From assembly GCA_027006785.1 (NCBI GenBank), contig JALTFR010000042.1:30113-94112 (forward strand): a stretch of 64,000 nt of DNA, given 5' to 3'. The notes beneath the pieces were generated by a model. It made no database searches and was not told the origin of the DNA. It was given only the letters and a program-made list of their open reading frames with translations. Each line of letters opens with the position of its first letter. The first letter of the stretch is position 1. A program made the translations under genes and the position numbers. Shown here piece after piece: positions 41,721 to 51,683 of this stretch. This DNA comes from Thermoplasmata archaeon. GTDB lineage: Archaea > Thermoplasmatota > Thermoplasmata > WALJ01.

Positions 41721-42779
41721 CGGATGATCTATATCTCCGATTTCACCTATTATTCTCCTTGAATTCTCGTTGTTAAGCTCGTGAATTATCTTTTCCATGT
41801 CCTTCTCCGACAGCCGGGCGTAGATTTTTCTTATGTACATGCCGTTCTTTATCTCCTTTCCGACTGATGAGCTCCATGCCCTCTGATATGCAGATAATAA
41901 TGGTAGGCACTCCTTATCCTTATCAAATGACTCAGATAGGGCATCTACCAGCATTTGGGCAGCGCTGAGCCCGGGATAAAGTCCTCCTCCCGAGAGGGGC
42001 TTTACCTGCACTGCCGAGTCTCCCACAAGAGCCACACCGGGCCCAACGATGTTTCTAGAATAACCTATGGGTATTGAACCGCCATATATGGACAGAGAGT
42101 GCCTTTCAAGCTCAGAAAAACGCTTTTTCAGTATGTCCTGGGCCGAAGGGTCACCTGAACTTGCAGTACCTATGAGCGAACCCTCATCCAGAGGAATCTG
42201 CCACGTGAAAAATGAGGATTCCGGTTCAGGCCATATCCTGACCTCGTCCACTTCTTCCGGGGACTGTGCCTGAAATGCCCCGAGAATCTCTCTGGGCCGG
42301 TCCATATCGAATCTTCTTGCGACCAGTGAACTGGCTCCGTCCGCACCCACTACGAAACGGGAGCGCACCTTCACTTTTTCACCCGATGAGCTCAAAGTCG
42401 TTATCATTCCCCTTCCATCCTTCTCGAATGAGACGACCCTCGCACCAAGCATTATATCCGCACCCGCACGTATGGCTGAAGATGCAAGCTCTCTGTCAAA
42501 CATAGCCCTATCTATGGCTATTGCCTTCACATCTCCCGACTCTATGAGAAGTTCTTCAGAGCCCGAGTACACGATGGCGGACCTGAGTTTCTTTTTTACC
42601 ACCCGCCGACTTGAGCCAGCCATATCGAGAACACGGGGACTCACAAGCCCAGAACACTGCAGAGGCCGCCCAATCTCTCTGTGCTCTTCCACGATAAGTA
42701 CTGAAAAACCCTTTTCTGCCATACCTCTGGCAACAAAAGAGCCTGCCGGTCCTCCGCCGACCACCAGGACATCATACAT
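41640..42779 (-). CDS. Geranylgeranyl reductase family (digeranylgeranylglycerophospholipid reductase-like) flavoprotein
   Basis: FAD fold 'YDVLVVGGGPAGSFVARGMAEKGFSVLIVEE'; GGR-like 'GDSAVQVKPLSGGG'. Confidence 0.7.
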   Translation of the reverse strand: MYDVLVVGGGPAGSFVARGMAEKGFSVLIVEEHREIGRPLQCSGLVSPRVLDMAGSSRRVVKKKLRSAIVYSGSEELLIESGDVKAIAIDRAMFDRELASSAIRAGADIMLGARVVSFEKDGRGMITTLSSSGEKVKVRSRFVVGADGASSLVARRFDMDRPREILGAFQAQSPEEVDEVRIWPEPESSFFTWQIPLDEGSLIGTASSGDPSAQDILKKRFSELERHSLSIYGGSIPIGYSRNIVGPGVALVGDSAVQVKPLSGGGLYPGLSAAQMLVDALSESFDKDKECLPLLSAYQRAWSSSVGKEIKNGMYIRKIYARLSEKDMEKIIHELNNENSRRIIGEIGDIDHPSLLARPLVKSSPKLLVFARHLLGLLV

Positions 42780-42783
42780 CCTA

Positions 42784-43524
42784 TCACTTCGGCGTTATCC
42801 CTCTGTTCGTGACGGAATACTCCATGATGCCCAGCCTCTCAGGATGGTTACGAACCTTCTGAATTATGAGATAATGGATGAAATTCCTGTCCTTTCTCTG
42901 TTTCTCCAGCTCTATTATCGCATCCACGATTTCTTCAACTCCGCTCTCCGTCTTCGGTTCATGCACCCCTTTCAACATGGTCACCAGCACAACACCCCTC
43001 TGATGCTGGCTATGGGCCTTTATCGTTCTAAGGGCCGACATGACCTGCTGAGGATCATAATATTCGAGGAAGAAATCAAGGGAATCTATTATGACTCTGA
43101 AAGGGGGCTTCAGCTTTGATATCTCATAAGTGACCTTCGTGAGAAAATTGACTCCTTTTGATATGTCCTGCTCCCTCAATCTCTTCAGGTCGCGTATGGT
43201 AACTCCTTCCTGACGATAACGACTTATCTCAACCTCCCTTGCAAGGACCTTCTCGTAGTATTCGCCACCTATGTTGACTATGTTAATATTGGGGTCCCAT
43301 CCGAAATGTTCCATTGTCTTTTTGACATCCTCGTCCCGTTCGTTGGTGGTGAAGTATATGACATTCTCCTTTCCCACGCCGGCGGATGCAAACTGCTTGG
43401 CAAAGAGTTCCGTACCCGAACCCGGTGAGCCCTGCACCAGTATCATGAAACCCTCGGGAACTCCACCGAGAAAATTGTCCAGTTCAGGAATTCCTATTGC
43501 TCTGTGACCGGACTCCATTACCAT
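42784..43524 (-). CDS. KaiC/RecA-superfamily ATPase-like protein with degenerate P-loop
   Basis: 'GIPELDNFLGGVPEGFMILVQGSPGSGTELFAKQF' (GxxGxGTE, no Lys); Walker B-like 'RVIIDSLDFF'. Confidence 0.6.
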   Translation of the reverse strand: MVMESGHRAIGIPELDNFLGGVPEGFMILVQGSPGSGTELFAKQFASAGVGKENVIYFTTNERDEDVKKTMEHFGWDPNINIVNIGGEYYEKVLAREVEISRYRQEGVTIRDLKRLREQDISKGVNFLTKVTYEISKLKPPFRVIIDSLDFFLEYYDPQQVMSALRTIKAHSQHQRGVVLVTMLKGVHEPKTESGVEEIVDAIIELEKQRKDRNFIHYLIIQKVRNHPERLGIMEYSVTNRGITPK

Positions 43525-44096
43525 TCCTCCGTTATCTCTATACGCTCATCACATACCATTGTCAGGGCATGGTCTATCTCATCCGAGCTCTGCTCCTTTA
43601 TTGACAACACTATGGTGTATGCATTCTTAGACCTCAGGCTGTTGAAAAGTATGTGCATGAACTCCGAGAGTATCCTTATATTGTTGTGTATGGCAAGAGA
43701 GTTTATGGAATCTATGAATATGAGCTTTCCTCTCTTGGGATCCAGCTTTCTCAGAAGATACTCAACCTTCAGCATTATGTTTTCCAGCATGGTTGCGCTC
43801 TCCACATAGAGCACGTGCCCGTTCGTCGTCTTATTGTCCATGAGAACGCTTGAACCACAATCCACGAAGTATATGTGGTCTCTTTTCATCTCCAGCAGGT
43901 CCATCACATTTATTATGGAGGCAGCCGGAAGGGTAGAATTTATGTATATCACGTCAAGATTCTTCTCTATTGAGACTTTTTCCGTAAGTGTACGAATAAC
44001 ATCGAAATAGCTCTCGGAGCTGACCTCAAGGGCTATGACCGATGCCTCACTTATGCCCTTCATCTTCTCGTATGCCTGATCCATCACTCCCATCAC
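43518..44096 (-). CDS. RecA-fold domain protein lacking a P-loop (DUF835-like), middle gene of the KaiC-like cassette
   Basis: 'KLIFIDSINSLAIHN' Walker-B-like strand, no GK[ST]; 7-nt and 4-nt overlaps with neighbours. Confidence 0.45.
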   Translation of the reverse strand: MMGVMDQAYEKMKGISEASVIALEVSSESYFDVIRTLTEKVSIEKNLDVIYINSTLPAASIINVMDLLEMKRDHIYFVDCGSSVLMDNKTTNGHVLYVESATMLENIMLKVEYLLRKLDPKRGKLIFIDSINSLAIHNNIRILSEFMHILFNSLRSKNAYTIVLSIKEQSSDEIDHALTMVCDERIEITEEW

Positions 44097-44862
44097 TCGC
44101 CACCTCCTTTGAGCATCGGAACAAGAAGGACACCTATCGGTGTGAGATCGAGCACGTATTTTGCACGGGAGTGACTGGTGCCCCTCATCTTGACGACCTG
44201 AAGCGTCCTCAGAAGGTCGCCTCTACGCTCATAGTTTCCCATCAGTATTATACCGTCTGCAATGGCCTCCTCAACACCGTACGTGGAATATCTCGCGTCG
44301 GATGGCAGTATTTCAGAGACAAGAAGGCTCGTACATCCCAGCTGCGAGAGCTTCTTCCCGAGTTTGAGTATGAAATCGCGTATCTTCTCCTCGGTCTTCA
44401 GCTGGAAGCATACAGATGTCACGGAGTCTATGACGAGCCTCTTTATGTTGAGCTCCTTTACGATGTCCCCGAGAGCATTGACAAGAAGGTCGATCTCTTC
44501 AAAGGAGAACTCGGATTTCTGAAGGCCCAGCCGTTCATATATGGCAGGCATATCTATGAATATCAGTTTTCCCTTCTTCAAAAGGTCCTCACTGAAGAAC
44601 TCATAGGGAATAAGGTTTGCAAGAAGCTTTTCTGAGGCCTCTGTTACCGAGACAAAAAGGCAGTTCTCACCGTAGAGAGCTCCGTGGACAAGAAACTCCA
44701 GACTGGTTGTTGTCTTACCCGTACCGCAACTTCCTGTTACAAGTACGGTGTTTCCCCGGGGTATCCCGCCGTTCAAAATTGCGTCGAGAGTGTCTATTCC
44801 TGTGCGGCATCGGGGTCTGTCAGAAGATTTTGCTGAGCCTTTCTTTGCAGTCTCTGAGGTCA
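44093..44862 (-). CDS. KaiC-like RecA-superfamily ATPase (intact Walker A/B)
   Basis: 'GIDTLDAILNGGIPRGNTVLVTGSCGTGKTTTSLEF'; Walker B 'RLVIDSVTSV'; start preferred at 'MTSETAKKG'. The track start 45064 adds an atypical Cys/Phe-rich extension. Confidence 0.65.
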
Positions 44863-45090
44863 TCGCAGGGGTATGAGCGCTACATACATATATCTTTTTT
44901 GCCACAGAACTCGAAAATGACCCTGTGATGTGAAAAGTTGAAAAATAAACAAGATATGTAAAGTAGCTTGAAAAAGTGTGGTTTTTTCGTGTCTGACAAA
45001 AGAAAAACCTTATATACCCATCTTCCATACAAGATGTTGTGCCCGATGAGGGGCTGAAACACAAGATGTGTGATAGACAGAGGTAGATAG

Positions 45091-45555
45091 ATGAGATGCC
45101 CGTACTGTGGAAGTGTAGACACCAAAGTCGTGGATTCCCGCTACTCCGAAGACATGGAAGCGATACGCAGGAGGAGAGAGTGCCTTAACTGCGGAAAGAG
45201 GTTCACAACATATGAAAGGGTTGAGATCGCTCCGATAATCGTGATAAAAAAGAACGGAGAGAAAGAGGAGTTCAACGCTGAAAAGATAAAGAAAGGGATG
45301 AAGCGCGCCTGCGAAAAGAGGCCTATAAACGAGGAGGACATCGACATAGCAGTGCGGGAGATTGAGAGAGACCTGAGAAAAAGGGATTCCATCGAGGTTT
45401 CAAGCATGGAAATAGGTGAGATGGTCATGGAAAAACTTAGGTCGATGGACAAGGTTGCATACATCCGGTTCGCCTCGGTCTATCGCGAGTTCGAGGACGT
45501 GGAAACGTTCCAGAAGGAAATAAACCTGATATTGGAAAAATACGGAGGCAGATAG
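45091..45555 (+). CDS. nrdR: Transcriptional repressor NrdR (Zn-ribbon + ATP-cone)
   Basis: 'MRCPYCGSVDTKVVDSRYSEDMEAIRRRRECLNCGKRFTTYERVE'. Confidence 0.85.
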   Translation: MRCPYCGSVDTKVVDSRYSEDMEAIRRRRECLNCGKRFTTYERVEIAPIIVIKKNGEKEEFNAEKIKKGMKRACEKRPINEEDIDIAVREIERDLRKRDSIEVSSMEIGEMVMEKLRSMDKVAYIRFASVYREFEDVETFQKEINLILEKYGGR

Positions 45556-45556
45556 A

Positions 45557-48025
45557 ATGGGACTGGAAAAAGTAAGGAAAAGAGACGGAAGGGTCGTGGA
45601 TTTCGACCAAACGAAGATAACTGAGGCCATAAAGAAGGCATTCATAGCCAAGGGTTATATGCCCGAGACAGCCAACCTGCTGTCTAAGAGCCTTGCGGAC
45701 AAGGTTGTCGGAAAACTTGAGAAGAGGTTTGCAGACGAGATACCTGAGATAGAGGACATTCAGGACCTTGTTGAAGCCACCCTTATAGAAGAGAACTTCA
45801 GCAAGGTCGCAAAAGCATACATATTGTACAGAAAGCAGAGAGAGGATGTGAGGAAGCTCAAGGAAACGATGCTCGAGGTTGATAGAGTAATGGACGGCTA
45901 CCTCGACAGAATAGACTGGAGGGTGAATGAGAACAGCAATTCCGATTACTCTCTTTCAGGGCTCCTGATGCATGCGGCAGGCTCCGTTGTTGCGAACTAT
46001 GTACTCACAAAAGTATATCCGAAGGAGATTGCGGATGCCCACAGGAACGGTGATTTCCACATACACGACCTTTCCATGGGAATAGCCGGTTACTGTGCCG
46101 GATGGAGCCTAAAACAGCTTCTTACAGAGGGTTTCAACGGTGTTGACGGAAAGGTTGCGTCATCTCCGCCAAAACACCTTGAGACAGCGCTCGGCCAGAT
46201 GGTCAATTTCCTCGGAACCCTTCAGAACGAATGGGCGGGTGCAATGGCATTTTCCTCCTTCGACACATATCTCGCACCCTTTGTCAGAGTGGACAACCTG
46301 AATTACAAACAGGTAAAGCAGGCCATACAGCAGTTCGTGTTCAGCCTGAATGTCGCAAGCAGGTGGGGCGGACAGACTCCCTTCACCAACATAACTCTGG
46401 ATTGGGTCGTTCCAGAGGATATGAAGGAAGAACCCGCCATAGTTGGAGGAAAGCTGGCCGACTTCAATTACGGGGATCTTCAGAAGGAAATGGATGTGAT
46501 CAACAAGGCATTCATAGAGGTCATGATGGACGGAGATGCCAACGGCAGACCGTTCACATTCCCGATACCCACATACAATATAACATCGGATTTCGACTGG
46601 GACAGCGAGAACGCCACATTGCTCTTCGATATGACCGCAAAATATGGCCTGCCCTACTTCCAGAACTTCATAAACAGCGACCTCAACCCGGGAGATGTCA
46701 GGTCAATGTGCTGCAGGCTCCAGCTGAACCTGAAGGAACTTAAGGCAAAGACAGGAGGTCTCTTCGGTTCCGGAGAGTGCACGGGTTCCATCGGAGTGGT
46801 GACTCTGAACATGCCCCGGATAGGATACCTTTCAAAGACGAAGGAGGAGTTCTTCGAGAGGATAGCGAAGCTCATGGACCTTGCAAAGGAGTCCCTTGAG
46901 ATAAAGAGAAAGGTTGTCAACCGGAACATGGAAAATGGCCTTCTGCCCTATACCAAGAGATATCTCGGAACGCTGGACAACCACTTTTCCACCATAGGCC
47001 TGGTGGGAATGAACGAAGCCGCACTCAACTTCATGGGTAAGGACATAGGAAGTGAAGAGGGAAGGAAGTTCGCAATAGAGGTGCTGAACTTTATGAGGGA
47101 CAAACTGACACAGTTCCAGGAAGAGACCGGACACATATACAACCTCGAGGCTACGCCTGCAGAGGGAACTTCCTACAGGCTTGCGAGGATTGATAAAGAG
47201 AAGTATCCGGACATCATAACCGCCGGAGAGGACGAGCCATACTATACCAACTCCACCCAGCTTCCAGTGGGATACACGGATGATATCTTCGAGGCCCTCG
47301 ACCTTCAGGATGACCTTCAGAAGCTCTATACCGGCGGAACCGTCCTTCACGGATTCCTCGGCGAAGAACTGGACAATGCGGAGTCCTGCAAGCTCCTTGT
47401 CAGGAGGATAGCGGAGAATTACAGGCTACCATACTACACGATAACACCGACATTCTCCATATGCAAGCAGCACGGATACATACCGGGTGAGCACTTCACC
47501 TGCCCCAAGTGCGGAGAGCCCACAGAGGTCTATTCGAGGGTTGTGGGCTACTTCAGGCCGGTCCAGAACTGGAACAAGGGAAAGAAGGAGGAATTCAAGG
47601 AGAGGCTTGAGTTCAACATAAAGAAGAGGGGCATAAGGCCGCCCGCACAGCATGCCGTTTCTGCACCCAAACCCGCTGAAGAGGGCCCTGCAATGGATAT
47701 AATGAGTTCCTCGTCCCCACAGGCTAGCGGAGAGGTTGCAGCGGAAGTAACGCCCATCTCTGCCGGAATACCTGAGGAGAAGAGTGTTGCAAAGTACATC
47801 TTCTTCTGGGCCGAACACTGCCCCCACTGCCCGGCGGTAAAGATGTATCTGGCGGATAAGGCTGCGGACATCCCGGGAGAACCAGTAAACGTTGACACGG
47901 AAGAAGGCAGGGAACTTGCCCTCAAATACGATATAATTGGCACTCCAACAGTGATACTTCTGGATGAGAGCGGTAATGAGCTGTCAAGGGTCAACAACAT
48001 CGGAGGACTGCGCAAATGGTTGTAA
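45557..48025 (+). CDS. nrdD: Anaerobic (class III) ribonucleoside-triphosphate reductase NrdD with N-terminal ATP-cone and C-terminal CPHC thioredoxin-fold fusion
   Basis: ATP-cone 'KVRKRDGRVVDFDQTKI'; Zn-site 'CPKCG'; glycyl-radical motif 'RVVGYFRPV'; C-terminal 'YIFFWAEHCPHCPAVKMYL...IIGTPTVILLD'. Confidence 0.85.
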   Translation: MGLEKVRKRDGRVVDFDQTKITEAIKKAFIAKGYMPETANLLSKSLADKVVGKLEKRFADEIPEIEDIQDLVEATLIEENFSKVAKAYILYRKQREDVRKLKETMLEVDRVMDGYLDRIDWRVNENSNSDYSLSGLLMHAAGSVVANYVLTKVYPKEIADAHRNGDFHIHDLSMGIAGYCAGWSLKQLLTEGFNGVDGKVASSPPKHLETALGQMVNFLGTLQNEWAGAMAFSSFDTYLAPFVRVDNLNYKQVKQAIQQFVFSLNVASRWGGQTPFTNITLDWVVPEDMKEEPAIVGGKLADFNYGDLQKEMDVINKAFIEVMMDGDANGRPFTFPIPTYNITSDFDWDSENATLLFDMTAKYGLPYFQNFINSDLNPGDVRSMCCRLQLNLKELKAKTGGLFGSGECTGSIGVVTLNMPRIGYLSKTKEEFFERIAKLMDLAKESLEIKRKVVNRNMENGLLPYTKRYLGTLDNHFSTIGLVGMNEAALNFMGKDIGSEEGRKFAIEVLNFMRDKLTQFQEETGHIYNLEATPAEGTSYRLARIDKEKYPDIITAGEDEPYYTNSTQLPVGYTDDIFEALDLQDDLQKLYTGGTVLHGFLGEELDNAESCKLLVRRIAENYRLPYYTITPTFSICKQHGYIPGEHFTCPKCGEPTEVYSRVVGYFRPVQNWNKGKKEEFKERLEFNIKKRGIRPPAQHAVSAPKPAEEGPAMDIMSSSSPQASGEVAAEVTPISAGIPEEKSVAKYIFFWAEHCPHCPAVKMYLADKAADIPGEPVNVDTEEGRELALKYDIIGTPTVILLDESGNELSRVNNIGGLRKWL

Positions 48026-48717
48026 TGAACGGGATGCAGAACACTTCGTTCATAGACTATCCCGGGAAGATAGTCACCACCATCTTCTTCGGGAACTGCA
48101 ACTTCCGCTGCCCCTATTGCCACAACTCCGACCTGGTCTTCAACAGGGACCTTCCGCAGATCGAGCACACGGTACTGCTGGAGCATCTGAAGAAGAGAAA
48201 GGGCATGCTGGACGGTATATGCATAACAGGGGGTGAGCCCACCCTCCATCCCGACCTTCCCGAACTGATAAGGGATGTGAAGGAACTGGGCTTCCTTGTT
48301 AAACTGGACAGCAACGGAACGAACCCGCGCATGCTGGAGGGACTCTTCTCCGACGGGCTGGTGGATTACATCGCAATGGACATAAAGGCACCAAAGGAGA
48401 AATACTCCGAGGTCGTGAAGGTGAATGTCAACATGGATCTCATTCAGCAGAGCATAGACCTGATACGAGAGATGGCTCCGGACTACGAGTTCAGGACCAC
48501 CATACCCAGGGAACTGCTCACCGAAGACGACATAATGTCCATAGGAGAGTGGATAAAGGGGGCGAAGAGGTATGCGCTCCAGCAGTTCAAGCCGAACAAG
48601 CCGCTTGACCCCGCATGCCTGGAATGCCATGGATATACCAAAAAGGAAATGGATGCCATGGCAGAGCGCCTGAAAGGGTACTTCGACGAGGTCCTGGTGC
48701 GGGCAAAGGACGACTGA
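48016..48717 (+). CDS. nrdG: Anaerobic RNR activating enzyme (radical SAM) NrdG
   Basis: 'GNCNFRCPYCHN' CxxxCxxC; 10-nt overlap with nrdD. Confidence 0.8.
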   Translation: MVVMNGMQNTSFIDYPGKIVTTIFFGNCNFRCPYCHNSDLVFNRDLPQIEHTVLLEHLKKRKGMLDGICITGGEPTLHPDLPELIRDVKELGFLVKLDSNGTNPRMLEGLFSDGLVDYIAMDIKAPKEKYSEVVKVNVNMDLIQQSIDLIREMAPDYEFRTTIPRELLTEDDIMSIGEWIKGAKRYALQQFKPNKPLDPACLECHGYTKKEMDAMAERLKGYFDEVLVRAKDD

Positions 48718-48750
48718 AAACCTTTTAAACCATACTTCACTTCCATTTTT

Positions 48751-48945
48751 ATGAGCGATATACCTCCTCACAAACACTGTCCCGTATGCGGGATATCTAT
48801 ACCTCCCGACCAGGAATTCTGCTCCAGAAAATGCGAGAAAGTATGGGAAGATGCCATGAGAAAGAAGAAGAAAAGTGCATACCTGCTGTGGGCTCTCATG
48901 GGCATACTGGTTGCTGTGGGAGTGTGGATGATGCTGGGGAAATGA
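48751..48945 (+). CDS. DUF2116-type zinc-ribbon small membrane protein
   Basis: 'HCPVCGISIPPDQEFCSRKCEK' plus C-terminal TM. Confidence 0.5.
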   Translation: MSDIPPHKHCPVCGISIPPDQEFCSRKCEKVWEDAMRKKKKSAYLLWALMGILVAVGVWMMLGK

Positions 48946-48946
48946 C

Positions 48947-49930
48947 ATGATATGTGTGGGCGGGACCTTTGAACACCTCCATGCGGGGCACAGGAAACTC
49001 CTGGAAACGGCATTCTCAATCGGAGGAAAGGTATACATCGGCCTGAGCACCGATGAGTTCGCATCCAAGGGACGGGAAAGGGATGTGCTTCCGTACGAAG
49101 TCAGAAGGAAGAACCTTATGAAGTACCTCGAGAGCATGGGATACGAGGATTATGATATAGAGCCCCTCGACGACAGAGTCGGAAGGTGTCTTGAAAAGGA
49201 GTGCAGCGAACTGGTTGTTTCGGAGGAAACTGAGGCTGTTGCCTCGGAGATAAACAGGACGCGCTCCGCCCTGGGCCTTCCTCAGATGAGAGTGCATGTG
49301 GTGCCCTATGTCCTTGCCGATGATTTCAGGCCCATAAGTTCCACAAGGATACATGCTGGAGAGATAGATGAGGACGGAAGGTTGAAACGCCCGCTCAAAG
49401 TAGCGGTTGGCTCGGTGAATCCAAACAAAGTTGAAGCGGTGAGATCCGTGCTATCCGAGTTCTACGATGATGTGGTCGTGCAGGGCATCGGTGTTGACCC
49501 CGGAGTTCCAGAACAACCGTTCAATGAGGACACGGTGAAAGGGGCGATGAACCGTGCCAGAAAGGCACTGAAAGGATGGGAGGATGCGGACCTGGGGGTC
49601 GGTATAGAGGCAGGGCTCGTTCTGGAAAGGACGACCGGACGGTACTATGATGTGCAGTACTGTGCCATAATGGACAGAACCGGATGGGTCACGGTAGGAC
49701 ATGGACCCGGGTTCTACTATCCGAAGAAGGTCATGTCCAGAGTTAGCGAGGGCATAAGCATAGGGGATGCCATGAAAGTGGCTTACGGTGAGGGGGACAT
49801 AGGATATCGGCAGGGCGCAATCGGTTTCCTCACAAAGGGACATTACGACAGGAAGAGGCTCAGCGAGAACGCCGTTATGATGGCCTTCGTTCCCAGGATA
49901 AAAAAAGAGGATTACAGGGAAGAGGTTTAG
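48947..49930 (+). CDS. Fusion: archaeal-type phosphopantetheine adenylyltransferase (N-terminal) + YjjX/DUF84 non-canonical purine NTPase (C-terminal)
   Basis: N-terminal '[20 protein letters not shown]' (nucleotidyltransferase H.GH); C-terminal '[19 protein letters not shown]...[25 protein letters not shown]' (DUF84 pattern). Confidence 0.6.
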   Translation: MICVGGTFEHLHAGHRKLLETAFSIGGKVYIGLSTDEFASKGRERDVLPYEVRRKNLMKYLESMGYEDYDIEPLDDRVGRCLEKECSELVVSEETEAVASEINRTRSALGLPQMRVHVVPYVLADDFRPISSTRIHAGEIDEDGRLKRPLKVAVGSVNPNKVEAVRSVLSEFYDDVVVQGIGVDPGVPEQPFNEDTVKGAMNRARKALKGWEDADLGVGIEAGLVLERTTGRYYDVQYCAIMDRTGWVTVGHGPGFYYPKKVMSRVSEGISIGDAMKVAYGEGDIGYRQGAIGFLTKGHYDRKRLSENAVMMAFVPRIKKEDYREEV

Positions 49931-51558
49931 AACTCGTCGTTTCCGAAGTCGCCGCCACCTCCGCCCGAGGACTTGCTCTCATTTCCTTTTGCGGCTATGA
50001 CGTCATCTATACGCAGCACCATGGTGGCAACATCGGTCGCAGCGCTTATGGCCTGTCTGTCCACCCTTATCGGCTCGACGACATTGCGCTCCCTCATATC
50101 CACAATATCACCTGTGAATACGTCCAATCCCGCGCTGCGTTTTCCGTCCTTGTGAGCCTTTCTCAGCTTTATGAGTGTGTCGATGACATCCAGTCCCGCA
50201 TTCTCTGCCAGAGCACGGGGTATTCCTTCGAGCGCATCGGCAAATGCCTCTATGGCCATCTGCTCCCTTCCTCCGATGGTGGCTGCATAATCCCTGAGCT
50301 GGAGGGCGATCTCCACTGCGCTGGCACCGCCGCCTGCCACAAGTTTTCCGTCCTCAAGGGCTATCGCAACTGTGTGAAGGGCATCATTTAGGATTCTTTC
50401 CACCTCGTTCACGACATGCTCGCTTCCTCCGCGTATTAGTATGCTCACGGATCTGGGGTTCTTGCATTCCATCACGAATGTCATGTCGTCATCGCCTATC
50501 TTCCTCTCCTCGACGAGGCCTGCATTTCCAAGATCATCCTTGGTTAGCTCGTCCAGACCGGTGACTATATTTGCTCCTGTTGCCCTTGCAAGCTTCTCCA
50601 TATCCGACTTCTTTACCCTGCGAACCGCATATATGCCCTCCTTTGCCATAAAGTGCTGGGCCATGTCGTCTATTCCCTTCTGACAGAATACGACATTGGC
50701 ACCCGTTGCCCTGACCTTCTCGACCATGTCTCTCAGCATCTTCTCTTCCTGGTCTAAGAAGGCCTGTATCTGAGAGGGGTCATTTATGCGTATATTCGCA
50801 TCTATCTCTGTCTTCTTTATTTCCATTGGTGCATTTATAAGTGCTATCCTTGCATTCTTAACGGAAGAGGGCATGCCGGGATGCACCTTCTCTTTGTCAA
50901 GTATTACTCCTTCTATCAGCTCTGTATCGCCTATCGAGCCCCCGTTCTTCTTCTCCACCTTTATGCTGTCCATATCCACCCGATATACCTTTCCGTCCTT
51001 TTCGGCAACGCTCTTGACGGCCTTCACCACAAGCTCTGCCAGATATTTCCTTGTCTCACCCTCTGCGCTCTTTCCTGTCATGGATGTAATCGCTATGCTC
51101 TTCAGTATCTCGTCGTCGCTCAGGTCTATTTCCTGTCCAAGGTCTTCCAGTATCTCGAAGGCCTTTGCGGATGCCATCTGATATCCTCTGGTTATGGTGG
51201 TGGAATGCACGTTCTCTTCGAGAAGTTCCTGTGCTCTGCTTAGAAGTTCACCTGCAAGAACTACGGCCGTTGTCGTTCCGTCACCGCATTCCTGGTCCTG
51301 GGACTTGGCAACCTCGATTATCATCTTTGCTGCAGGATGGACAACATCCATTTCCTTCAGGATGGTAACCCCGTCATTGGTTATTGTCACATCTCCCATA
51401 CTATCAACCAGCATCTTGTCCATCCCTTTCGGACCGAGTGTTGTCCTGACCGCATCCGCTATTGCCTTTGCAGCCTCGATGTTCTTCATCTGAGCGCTCT
51501 TTCCGGATTCCCTTTCCGTTCCTTCCTTCAGGATATATATGGGTGTTCCTCCGAGCAT
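49927..51558 (-). CDS. ths: Thermosome subunit (group II chaperonin)
   Basis: '[12 protein letters not shown]', '[21 protein letters not shown]'; C-terminal Gly-rich tail. Confidence 0.9.
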   Translation of the reverse strand: MLGGTPIYILKEGTERESGKSAQMKNIEAAKAIADAVRTTLGPKGMDKMLVDSMGDVTITNDGVTILKEMDVVHPAAKMIIEVAKSQDQECGDGTTTAVVLAGELLSRAQELLEENVHSTTITRGYQMASAKAFEILEDLGQEIDLSDDEILKSIAITSMTGKSAEGETRKYLAELVVKAVKSVAEKDGKVYRVDMDSIKVEKKNGGSIGDTELIEGVILDKEKVHPGMPSSVKNARIALINAPMEIKKTEIDANIRINDPSQIQAFLDQEEKMLRDMVEKVRATGANVVFCQKGIDDMAQHFMAKEGIYAVRRVKKSDMEKLARATGANIVTGLDELTKDDLGNAGLVEERKIGDDDMTFVMECKNPRSVSILIRGGSEHVVNEVERILNDALHTVAIALEDGKLVAGGGASAVEIALQLRDYAATIGGREQMAIEAFADALEGIPRALAENAGLDVIDTLIKLRKAHKDGKRSAGLDVFTGDIVDMRERNVVEPIRVDRQAISAATDVATMVLRIDDVIAAKGNESKSSGGGGGDFGNDEF

Positions 51559-51634
51559 CTCACATCACCTCTATTCGAGTATGAATGCTCTTCTATTTAA
51601 GCATTTCTGAAAGATAGCGTCTCGACTCCGACAG

Positions 51635-51643
51635 TTATAAATA
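51635..51643 (+). promoter_or_regulatory. TATA box (ttataaata-gg) for the pilus ATPase operon
   Basis: About 45 nt upstream of the preferred ATG at 51684; SD gaggtgg between. Confidence 0.4.
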
Positions 51644-51683
51644 GGGATGGAGAATATACCCATCTGCTGAGGTGGCATATTAT

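Noticed and set aside
44863-45064. N-terminal 67-aa Cys/Phe-rich extension of the KaiC-like ATPase
   Set aside because: Atypical composition; conserved KaiC domain begins near the internal Met; likely intergenic/promoter DNA
47548-49137. 529-aa minus-strand ORF
   Set aside because: Antisense to nrdD/nrdG/DUF2116/PPAT genes, all of which have strong motif support on the plus strand
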